Of a DNA stretch of 64,000 nt, positions 55,981 through 64,000 are shown piece by piece (position 1 is the first letter of the stretch; every line of letters starts with the position of its first letter). The stretch lies in assembly GCA_019244185.1 (NCBI GenBank), contig JAFATB010000018.1, forward strand, positions 96,001-160,000, given 5' to 3'. The notes beneath the pieces are model-generated. The model made no database searches, was not told the origin of the DNA, and saw only the letters and a program-made list of their open reading frames with translations. This DNA is from Acidobacteriota bacterium (GTDB taxonomy: Bacteria > Acidobacteriota > Thermoanaerobaculia > Gp7-AA8). The position numbers and the translations under genes were made by a program.

Positions 55981-55981
55981 G

Positions 55982-57364
55982 TTAGACCGCGTCGGTCAGA
56001 TCGACGCCGAGGCGCGACTTGAGGAAGATGCGCGCGGGGCGCGAGCTCTCGCGCAGCCAGTCCCACGACTTCTTGAGCTTTGGGTGTTCCTGGATGAAGA
56101 GCTCCGCGGCGCGTTTGCGCGCTTTGTTGCCGCCGAACATCCAGCGGATCTCTTTCTTGCGCACCTGCTCGAGGGTCTGGTCGAGCTCCGCGTAGAACTC
56201 CTCGTCGGCACGGAAGTACATGTTCTTGAGCCAGCAGAGACCGTCGGTCACGCACGGCTCCTTGAGCACGTCGAAGCGCGCGGGGGAGTACGCGATGCGG
56301 TTCTTCATCAGCATCACTTCGCGCATCTCGTCGCGCATCTTCGCGAACTCGGGACCGTTCCACTGCTCGGCGAAGGTCGGCTTGTCGTGCACGTTGCCGA
56401 GCGGCTTCACGCTCGGGTTGAGCAGCAGGCAGCACGGGCGGATGTCGCCGTTGCCGGTGATGGCCGCGGTGTACCAGGCGAAGAAGCAGCCGCCGTTCTC
56501 GTTCTTGAACGACGGCGCGATCGGATACGCGTTGTGCGCGGGCGTGTTCACGCGCGCGCGGACGGCGCTGAGCATCTCGTTCCAGCCGGCGATGGCGAAG
56601 TCGACCTGCAGCATGCCGATCTCGCGGTCGCGGCGGAGGATCTCCTCGACCAGCGGCTCGGCGGCGTAGCGGTCGTCCGGCGTCAGCAGCACCTGGCGAT
56701 CGATCCGGTCCATCGGGATCTCGAGCACGGCGTTGATGGCCACGCGGTCGGGACCGACGGAACGCGCGAGCTCGTACATGTCGACGAGGCGCGAGACGTT
56801 CTTCTGATCGATGAGGAACTGAATGACGATCGACGGATAGATCGAGTCGCCGCGCACCGCGACGAGGTTCTTCATGTTCTCGACGACCTTGTCGAAGAGC
56901 GCGGGCTTGACCTTCATCATGCGCGCGTAGTCTTCGGCGTCGGCGGCGTTGAGCGAGAAGATGACCTCGCGCGCCTGATTTTTCACGAGACGCTCGGCGA
57001 CCTCGTTCGTCAGCGCGACGCCGTTCGTGGTCAGGTTGTCGATGATCACGCCGCGCAGCGCGAGGTGATCCATGACGTTCAGGACGTCGCGGTGGAACAG
57101 CGGATCGCCGCCGCCGGAGAGACGCACCGACTTGAGGCCGGTCGACTGCAGCTCGTCGATGAGCTCCGTGAGCTTCGGCAGCGGAATCGATTCTTTCGTG
57201 CGGAGGTCCTGCTGGTTGCAGAAGTAGCAGGCCACGTTGCAGCGGTCGGTGAGGTCGAGCTCGGCGTGCACCGGTCCGCGCGTCGGACGATTCTCCGCAA
57301 TGGCCGCAATGATCTCGCGCTTGCGCTCCCGCGCGACCTCGGCCCATCCATGTGTTCCACGCAT
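55982..57364 (-). CDS. Radical SAM protein with SPASM/twitch domain
   Basis: DLTDRCNVACYFC, SGGGDP, TTNG; C-terminal CFFAW....ITGNGDIRPCC....LGN.....W plus later Cys. Confidence 0.9.
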   Translation of the reverse strand: MRGTHGWAEVARERKREIIAAIAENRPTRGPVHAELDLTDRCNVACYFCNQQDLRTKESIPLPKLTELIDELQSTGLKSVRLSGGGDPLFHRDVLNVMDHLALRGVIIDNLTTNGVALTNEVAERLVKNQAREVIFSLNAADAEDYARMMKVKPALFDKVVENMKNLVAVRGDSIYPSIVIQFLIDQKNVSRLVDMYELARSVGPDRVAINAVLEIPMDRIDRQVLLTPDDRYAAEPLVEEILRRDREIGMLQVDFAIAGWNEMLSAVRARVNTPAHNAYPIAPSFKNENGGCFFAWYTAAITGNGDIRPCCLLLNPSVKPLGNVHDKPTFAEQWNGPEFAKMRDEMREVMLMKNRIAYSPARFDVLKEPCVTDGLCWLKNMYFRADEEFYAELDQTLEQVRKKEIRWMFGGNKARKRAAELFIQEHPKLKKSWDWLRESSRPARIFLKSRLGVDLTDAV

Positions 57365-57412
57365 TCGAGTCCGTTTAATCCTTGCCGTTCGAAGGGTATT
57401 CCTATTCCGCGC

Positions 57413-57790
57413 TTACGACACGAGTTGCGGCCGCGGCGCGTGTTCGAGCGAGGCCGGCAGCTTCTGCGCGCAGCAGGCCTTCTGCAGCGCGAGGCGGTCG
57501 CGCTGCATCTGCCGTTCGTTGGCGATCGCGGCCAGCGTCGCGTCGAGCACCGCCGCCGCATTCGCGTCCGCCGGCTTGTTGAGGCTGTAGTGAATCCACT
57601 TCCCGTCGCGGCGCGCGCGTACGACGCCGGCGCGGCGGAGATACGCGAGGTGCCGCGAGATCTTCGGCTGCGTCTCGCCGAGGATCTCGACGAAATAGCA
57701 GACGCAGACCTCGCCGCATTGCAGGAGGTTCAGCAGCCGCAGCCGCGTCGGATCGGCCAGCGCCGAAAAGAGGATGACGAAGTCGCCCAC
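57413..57790 (-). CDS. ArsR/SmtB-family metalloregulator
   Basis: FSALADPTRLRLL..L..GEVCVC...ETQPKISRHLAYLRRAG.V..RRDGKWIHY; C-terminal CC; GTG start 6 nt after TATACT. Confidence 0.9.
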   Translation of the reverse strand: MGDFVILFSALADPTRLRLLNLLQCGEVCVCYFVEILGETQPKISRHLAYLRRAGVVRARRDGKWIHYSLNKPADANAAAVLDATLAAIANERQMQRDRLALQKACCAQKLPASLEHAPRPQLVS

Positions 57791-57834
57791 GTGCGCAGTA
57801 TATACATGCGCGCGCGCGAATTTATGCCGTCGCG

Positions 57835-59064
57835 CTACTCGTAGCGCAGCGCGTCGATCGGATCGAGCCGCGCCGCTTTGCGCGCGGGATAGAAGCCGAA
57901 GAAGATGCCGACCGTCGCGGCCACGCCGAACGAGAGCAGGATCGCGGTCGGGCTGACGACGATCGGCCAGTGCGCGATTTTGCCGATGCCGGTCGCGACG
58001 CCGACGCCGACGAGCACGCCGATGAGGCCGCCGAGTACCGAGAGCGTCACGGCCTCGAAGAGGAACTGCAGCAGCACGTGGCGGCCGCGCGCGCCGATGG
58101 CCATGCGGATGCCGATCTCGCGCGTGCGCTCGGTGACGCTGACCAGCATGATGTTCATGATGCCGATGCCGCCGACGGCGAGCGAGACGATGGCGATGCC
58201 GAGGAGCAGGTTGCGCATCAGCTGCACCTGCTGCTGATTCGCCTGCGCGATCTCTTCCTGCGAGCGCAGCATGAAGTCGGCGTCGCCGCCGGGAGGAATG
58301 CGGTGGCGCTGGCGGAGGATTGCGTCGATCTGATCGAGCGCCTCGCCGACCTGCTCGGCCGACGACGCCGACGCGATGATGCCGCCGAGCTTCTGCTGGC
58401 CCATCAGCCGCTTCATCGCGGTGGTGTAGGGGATCACGACGGTGTCGTCCTGATCGCTTCCCATCATGCTGCCGCCTTTTTTCTCGAGCACGCCGACGAC
58501 GCGGAACGGAACGTTCTTCACGCGCACGACGGAGCCGACGGCGTCGCCGTTCGGAAAGAGGTTGTCGGCGACGGTCTTGCCGAGGACGAGCACTTTCGCG
58601 CCGGAACGAACGTCGCCATCGGTGAAGAACGCGCCCTGCTCGACGTTCCACGAGCGAATGTTCGGCCAGTCGACGTCGACGCCCTGGATCTGCGTCGACC
58701 AGTTGAGCTCACCCGCGACGAGTTGCGCGGCGGTGCGCAGGTTCGGCGAGATGTACGCGAGCGCCGAAGCCTCGCGACGCAGCGCCTGCACGTCTTCCTC
58801 GGTGAGCGTCGACTGGCCGGTGAAGATGCGCGCGCCGCTCTGCGTCGCGGCGCCGGGCATGATCATGATGAAGTTCGAGCCGAGGGAGTTGATCATCTCG
58901 GAGACCGACTGCGCGACGCCCGCGCCGATGGCAACCGAAACGATCACGCACGCGACGCCGATGACGACGCCGAGCGCGGTGAGCAGCGAGCGCATCTTGT
59001 TGCGCGCGATCGACTTCAAACCGACGATGGTGATGTTGCCGAGGCGAACGAACGAGTTGCGCAT
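57835..59064 (-). CDS. MacB/FtsX-family ABC permease
   Basis: RSLLTALGVVIG, VGGIGIMNIMLVSVTERTREIGIRMAIGA, YPARKAARLDPIDALRYE. Confidence 0.95.
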   Translation of the reverse strand: MRNSFVRLGNITIVGLKSIARNKMRSLLTALGVVIGVACVIVSVAIGAGVAQSVSEMINSLGSNFIMIMPGAATQSGARIFTGQSTLTEEDVQALRREASALAYISPNLRTAAQLVAGELNWSTQIQGVDVDWPNIRSWNVEQGAFFTDGDVRSGAKVLVLGKTVADNLFPNGDAVGSVVRVKNVPFRVVGVLEKKGGSMMGSDQDDTVVIPYTTAMKRLMGQQKLGGIIASASSAEQVGEALDQIDAILRQRHRIPPGGDADFMLRSQEEIAQANQQQVQLMRNLLLGIAIVSLAVGGIGIMNIMLVSVTERTREIGIRMAIGARGRHVLLQFLFEAVTLSVLGGLIGVLVGVGVATGIGKIAHWPIVVSPTAILLSFGVAATVGIFFGFYPARKAARLDPIDALRYE

Positions 59065-59076
59065 GACGGTTCTCCG

Positions 59077-59826
59077 CTATCTCACTACAGGCGCGACCGG
59101 CGCCGCGATTCCCTGACGCTGCACGCGCAGCTGCTCGACGCGCTCGTCCTGCTGGATGAGACCGTCGCGCACGTGCACGATGCGCTTCGCGTACTGCGCG
59201 ATGTCCGGCTCGTGCGTGATGAGCACGACCGTTTTGCCGCTGTCGTTGAGCTCCTGAAAGATGCCCATGATCTCGACGGACGTGCGCGAGTCGAGGTTGC
59301 CGGTCGGCTCGTCCGCGAGCAGGATGGCCGGATTCGTGACGAGCGCGCGGGCGATGGCGACGCGCTGCTGCTGTCCGCCGGAGAGCTGCGACGGATAGTT
59401 GCCCTCGCGGCCTTTGAGACCGACGCGGTAGAGCGCGTCGAGCGCGAGGTCGCGGCGCGAGCGGCGCGAGCCGGTGTTGTCGCTGTAGAGCATCGGCAGC
59501 TCGACGTTCTCGAGCGCGGACGTGCGGGCGAGCAGGTTGAAGCTCTGGAAGACGAAGCCGATCTTCGCATTGCGAATGATCGCGCGCTGGTCGCGGCTGA
59601 GCTCCGAGACATTCGCGCCGTCGAGCACGTACGTGCCGCTGGTCGGGCGATCGAGGCAGCCGATGATGTTCATCAGCGTCGACTTGCCCGAGCCCGACGG
59701 ACCCATGATGGCGATGAACTCGCCCGCGTCGACGACGAGATTGACGCCGTCGAGCGCGCGGACCTCGACCTCGCCAAGACGATAGATCTTGACGAGGTCC
59801 TTGATCTCGATGACGTGGGACGCCAT
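59077..59826 (-). CDS. ABC transporter ATP-binding protein (MacB/LolD-type)
   Basis: [36 protein letters not shown]. Confidence 0.95.
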   Translation of the reverse strand: MASHVIEIKDLVKIYRLGEVEVRALDGVNLVVDAGEFIAIMGPSGSGKSTLMNIIGCLDRPTSGTYVLDGANVSELSRDQRAIIRNAKIGFVFQSFNLLARTSALENVELPMLYSDNTGSRRSRRDLALDALYRVGLKGREGNYPSQLSGGQQQRVAIARALVTNPAILLADEPTGNLDSRTSVEIMGIFQELNDSGKTVVLITHEPDIAQYAKRIVHVRDGLIQQDERVEQLRVQRQGIAAPVAPVVR

Positions 59827-59831
59827 GACGG

Positions 59832-61094
59832 TCAACCTCTCCGGTTGCCGCCGCGTGGCGCGCCGCCGCCACCACCACCGCCGCCCATCGGCGGAGGTCC
59901 TTCGACCTTCGACGTGGCGAGACCGACGACGACCGCGTCGCCCTCATGCAACTCGCCGCTGAGGACCTGCGTGTAGCGGCCGTCGGTGATGCCGGTGCGG
60001 ATCGACACCGGCTTGAGCTTCTTCTCCGGCGTCGTGTCGAGGATGTAGACGGTCTGCTGTTTGCCGCCGCCCGCCGCGGCGCGTCCGCCGGGGAACTGCC
60101 GCGCGGCGCCCGCGAGTCCGCCGCCGCCGGTCTGCGCGGCGCGGCGCATGGCGTCGCCGCCGTTGCCGCTTGGGCCGCCACCGGCGTTGCCCGCGGTTTC
60201 TGTCGACGGTTTGAAGCGCAGCGCGGCGTTCGGCACGCGCAGCACGTTCTCGACGGTGGCCACATCGATGGTGACGTTCGCGGTCATCTTCGGCAGCAGC
60301 CGCTCCTCGGGATTCGCGACCTCGATGATGACGGGATACGTGACGACGTTCTGGTTGATCTGCGCGTTGTAGCGGATCTGTGCGATGCGTCCGCGGAACT
60401 CTTCTTCCGGATACGCGTCGACGGTGAAGCGCGCGACCTGGCCGACCTTGATGCGGCCGATGTCCGACTGATCGACGTCGGCCTGCAGCTGCATCTTGGT
60501 GAGGTCCTGCGCGATCTCGAAGAGCGTCGGCGCCTGGAACGATGCGGCGACGGTCTGGCCGATGTCGTACTTGCGGTCGACGACGACGCCGTCGATCGGC
60601 GAGACGATGCGCGTGTAGCGCACGTTCGTCTCCGCCTGGCGCAGCGCGGCGGCGGCCTGCGTCACCTGCGCGGCCGCGGCCTGGTACTGCGCGCGCGCGG
60701 AGTCGACGTCGGCCTGCGACGAGAGACCGGCGGACGAGAGGCGGCTGAGGCGGTCGTAGTTGATCTTCGCGTTGCTCGCCTCGACCTGCGCGCGCGTGAC
60801 GTCGGCGCGGCGTTGTTCGGCCTGTGCCTGCAGCGGCGCGGGATCGAGCTCGGCGATGAGCTGCCCGGTTTTCACGCGGCTCTTGAAGTCGGCGTGCAGC
60901 GCGGCGATGACGCCGGAGACCTGGCTGCCGACCTGCACGGTCGTGACGGCGGAGAGCGTGCCGGTCGCGGTCACGGTCATGGTGACGTTGCCGCGGTCCG
61001 CTTTCTCCGTTTTGTATTGTTCGTCTTTCTTGCCGCGTCCCTTGCAGTCGAGGAGCACGGCCACGAGAAGCAGTGTCGTCGTTGTACGTCGCAC
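59832..61094 (-). CDS. MacA-like periplasmic adaptor (membrane fusion protein)
   Basis: VTATGTL, VGSQVSG, IVSPIDGVV, GQTVAASFQAPTLF, TVDAYP; start placed at GTG 61094 (uncertain). Confidence 0.9.
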   Translation of the reverse strand: MRRTTTTLLLVAVLLDCKGRGKKDEQYKTEKADRGNVTMTVTATGTLSAVTTVQVGSQVSGVIAALHADFKSRVKTGQLIAELDPAPLQAQAEQRRADVTRAQVEASNAKINYDRLSRLSSAGLSSQADVDSARAQYQAAAAQVTQAAAALRQAETNVRYTRIVSPIDGVVVDRKYDIGQTVAASFQAPTLFEIAQDLTKMQLQADVDQSDIGRIKVGQVARFTVDAYPEEEFRGRIAQIRYNAQINQNVVTYPVIIEVANPEERLLPKMTANVTIDVATVENVLRVPNAALRFKPSTETAGNAGGGPSGNGGDAMRRAAQTGGGGLAGAARQFPGGRAAAGGGKQQTVYILDTTPEKKLKPVSIRTGITDGRYTQVLSGELHEGDAVVVGLATSKVEGPPPMGGGGGGGGAPRGGNRRG

Positions 61095-61236
61095 GTTTTG
61101 CTGGACCCTTTCGCAGTAGAGCGGCGGGAAGTCTATCGCGTCGCACAGCTGCGACGGGTGACCGCGTGTTTCGGTTTTGCGAACGGCCGCGGAGCGCATG
61201 CTATGCTTCCGCCCCCAGTCTGCGAGGTTCTCGAGC

Positions 61237-61662
61237 ATGGCCCTTTTCTCCTCGACCAAAGATCCCGCTCCGTCCCGTCCCGTCGTCGGCACCGCCACGC
61301 CCGCATCCCAGGGGCCGACCATGCTGGGACCGAACGTGATCATCGAGGGAACGGTCACGGGATCGGAGCCGGTCTTCGTGGAAGGGACCGTGCGCGGCAG
61401 GATTCATCTGTCGAGCGATCTGGTGGTCGGGACGAAGGCGCGCGTCGAGGCGACGGTGCACGCGCGCAACGTGACCATCGAAGGAAGACTGACCGGCGAC
61501 GTGAGCGCCGACGACCGCGTGGAGCTCGTCGCCAGCGCGACCGTCGACGGCAACATCAAGGCGCCGAAGATCGTCGTGGCCGAGGGCGCGAAGTTCCGCG
61601 GCTCGGTCGACATGGGCTCGCGCGTGCCGCGCGACGAGTCCGCCCCCGCAAAAACGAAGTAA
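61237..61662 (+). CDS. Bactofilin (polymer-forming cytoskeletal protein)
   Basis: Beta-helix repeats IEGTV.G...VEGTV.G.I...V.G.I.AP.I.V.EGAKF.G.VDM. Confidence 0.9.
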   Translation: MALFSSTKDPAPSRPVVGTATPASQGPTMLGPNVIIEGTVTGSEPVFVEGTVRGRIHLSSDLVVGTKARVEATVHARNVTIEGRLTGDVSADDRVELVASATVDGNIKAPKIVVAEGAKFRGSVDMGSRVPRDESAPAKTK

Positions 61663-61692
61663 ACGCCCACCTCGAAACAAAGGAGCACGTTC

Positions 61693-63234
61693 ATGTCTGC
61701 AACCGCTACCACCTCGTTCGCGCAGGAGCGCGCCTTGCGCGAGCCGCGCGAATACTCGAACTACATCGACGGCGAATGGGTGAAGTCGTCGTCGGGCAAG
61801 GTCTTCGAGAACCGCAATCCGGCCAACGAAGACGATCTCGTCGGCACGTTCCAGGAGTCGAACGAAGACGATCTCAACGCCGCGGTCGACGCCGCGCATC
61901 GCGCGTACGACGCGTGGCGCCTCACGCCCGCGCCGAAGCGCGCCGAGTATCTTTATCGCGTCGGCGACATCCTCAAGCGCGACAAGGAAAAGATCGCGCG
62001 CGAGATGACCCGCGAGATGGGCAAGGTGCTCGACGAGACGAAAGGCGATGTGCAGGAAGCGATCGACATGGCCTTCCTCGCCGCCGGCGAAGGCCGCCGT
62101 CTCTTCGGCGTCACCACTCCTTCCGAGCTCTCGAACAAGTTCAACATGGCCGTGCGCATGCCCCTCGGCGTGGCCGGTCTCATCACGCCGTGGAACTTCC
62201 CGATCGCCATTCCGGCGTGGAAGGGCATGGCCGCGCTGATCTGCGGCAACACGGTCGTCATCAAGCCGGCCTCGCTCACGCCGCTGTCGGTGATCATGCT
62301 GGCCGAGGCGTTCGAGGAAGCGGGACTGCCGAAAGGCGTGTGGAACGTGGTGACCGGCGGCGGACGCGAAGTCGGCGATCCGATGACGCGCCACGAGAAG
62401 GTGAAGGTGATCTCGTTCACCGGCTCGACGCAGGTCGGCCGCGACATCTCGGTCGCGTGCGCGCCGTCGTTCAAGCACGTCCACCTGGAGATGGGCGGGA
62501 AGAACGTGATCATGGTGATGGACGACGCGGACGTCGACCTCGCCGTCGACGGCGCGCTGTGGGGCGCCTTCGGCACGGCCGGCCAGCGCTGCACCGCGGC
62601 CTCGCGCATCGTCGTGCACAAGAAGGTGTACGAGCAGTTTGTCGACAAGCTCGCCGGACGCGCGAAGAAGCTGCGCGTCGGCAACGGCCTCGACGCGAAC
62701 GTCGACATGGGACCGAACGTCTCCGCCTCGCAGTTGAAGACGGTCGAGTCGTACGTGCAGATCGGCAAGGACGAAGGCGCGACGTGCGTGGCCGGCGGCA
62801 GCGCGCTGCGCGACGGAGACTACGCGAAAGGCTTCTTCCACCAGCCGACCGTCTTCGCCGACGTGAAGCGCGACATGCGCATCGCGCAGGAAGAGATCTT
62901 CGGGCCGGTGACGGCGGTGATCCCGTGCGACTCGCTCGAAGACGCGATCGCGATCGGCAACGGCGTGCGCTACGGCCTCTCGTCGTCGATCTATACGCGC
63001 GACATCAACAAGGCGTTCGCCGCGATGCGCGACATGTACACCGGCATCTTCTACGTGAACGCGCCGACGATCGGCGCGGAAGTGCACCTGCCGTTCGGCG
63101 GCACGAAGGAAACCGGCAACGGCCACCGCGAAGCAGGCGTGGCCGGCATCGACGTGTTCTCGGAGTGGAAGTCGATCTACGTCGACTACTCGGGATCGCT
63201 GCAGAGGGCGCAGATTGATACGGAAGACATTTAG
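61693..63234 (+). CDS. Aldehyde dehydrogenase family protein
   Basis: ITPWNFP, KPAS, FTGS, LEMGGKN, catalytic GQRCTA, EEIFGPV, PFGG.K. Confidence 0.95.
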   Translation: MSATATTSFAQERALREPREYSNYIDGEWVKSSSGKVFENRNPANEDDLVGTFQESNEDDLNAAVDAAHRAYDAWRLTPAPKRAEYLYRVGDILKRDKEKIAREMTREMGKVLDETKGDVQEAIDMAFLAAGEGRRLFGVTTPSELSNKFNMAVRMPLGVAGLITPWNFPIAIPAWKGMAALICGNTVVIKPASLTPLSVIMLAEAFEEAGLPKGVWNVVTGGGREVGDPMTRHEKVKVISFTGSTQVGRDISVACAPSFKHVHLEMGGKNVIMVMDDADVDLAVDGALWGAFGTAGQRCTAASRIVVHKKVYEQFVDKLAGRAKKLRVGNGLDANVDMGPNVSASQLKTVESYVQIGKDEGATCVAGGSALRDGDYAKGFFHQPTVFADVKRDMRIAQEEIFGPVTAVIPCDSLEDAIAIGNGVRYGLSSSIYTRDINKAFAAMRDMYTGIFYVNAPTIGAEVHLPFGGTKETGNGHREAGVAGIDVFSEWKSIYVDYSGSLQRAQIDTEDI

Positions 63235-64000
63235 CCTCGCCGCAACATTCATCTGCGCGGGCGCCCTGGCACTGCCGGCGCTCGCGCAGAGCGACGCCGA
63301 CCGCGCGATTGACTACGAGCTCGCGAACTCGCGCGCGTACGACACGCTCGAATACCTCACCGACAACATCGGCCCGCGCCTCTCCGGCTCGAAGGGCGCC
63401 GCGCTCGCGGTGACGTGGGCGACCAAGCAGTTGCGCGCGATGAAGCTCGACGACGTGCGCAACGAGCCGGTGATGGTGCCGCACTGGGTCCGCGGCGTGG
63501 AGCGCGCAACACTCGTTTCGCACAACGATCAGAAGATCGTGCTCACGGCTCTGGGCGGCAGCGTGGCCACGCCGGAGAACGGCATCACGGCGGACGTCGT
63601 CGAGGTGTCGTCGTTCGAGGAGCTCGATCGGCTCGGACGCAAGGTGGCCGGCAAGATCGTCTACTTCAACAATCCGATCGACATGTCGCTGGTCGAGAGC
63701 GGCCGTGCGTTCGACGCGTACAGCAAGGCGGTGGAGTTCCGCGGCGCGGGACCGTCGCACGCGGCGCAGTACGGCGCGGTCGCGGCGCTGATCCGCTCGG
63801 TCGCCTCGGCGTCGCTGCGCTCGCCGCACACCGGCTCGCTGCGCTACGACGAGAAGCAGCCGAAGATCCCGGGCGCCGCGCTCAGCGTCGAGGACGCGCT
63901 CCTCGTGCACCGGCTCCTCGCGAAGGGCGAGCGCGTGCGCATGCATCTCGTCCTCACGCCGCGCACGCTGCCCGACGCGCCGTCGTTCAACGTGGTCGCC
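63215..64000 (+). CDS. M28-family carboxypeptidase Q-like protein (3' end outside window)
   Basis: TTG start with GAGGG SD; signal peptide ending ALA-Q; [35 protein letters not shown]. Confidence 0.82.
   Translation, partial: MIRKTFSLAATFICAGALALPALAQSDADRAIDYELANSRAYDTLEYLTDNIGPRLSGSKGAALAVTWATKQLRAMKLDDVRNEPVMVPHWVRGVERATLVSHNDQKIVLTALGGSVATPENGITADVVEVSSFEELDRLGRKVAGKIVYFNNPIDMSLVESGRAFDAYSKAVEFRGAGPSHAAQYGAVAALIRSVASASLRSPHTGSLRYDEKQPKIPGAALSVEDALLVHRLLAKGERVRMHLVLTPRTLPDAPSFNVVA

Overview
High-GC bacterial chromosomal window. The gene content and style suggest Acidobacteriota, possibly Thermoanaerobaculia-like (inference only). It carries the thrS-infC-rpmI-rplT cluster, two tRNA-Val genes, queA, a MogA/MoaB gene, many peptidases and peptide-uptake genes, two Ser/Thr kinase-STAND ATPase proteins, two DUF4157 proteins and two ABC systems. 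No integrase, transposase, phage block or CRISPR array was seen. Top finding: a gene at 14748-15755 (-) that the ORF track splits in two. It encodes a signal peptide followed immediately by TGA-CCC-GCC-TGA (a UxxU motif in place of CxxC), then a SECIS-like hairpin and an outer-membrane beta-barrel body, and it is translationally coupled to an exported HMA-thioredoxin gene. This is a candidate double-selenocysteine metal-handling system. Second finding: an unannotated Thr-rich leader peptide with a terminator/antiterminator upstream of thrS. Other signals: a kinase-STAND plus patatin gene pair, polymorphic DUF4157 effectors, a dispersed palindromic repeat, pervasive leaderless-type promoters, a decayed HsdR_N-type gene and a missed 35-aa membrane ORF. 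All family calls come from motif recognition by eye, not from database searches.
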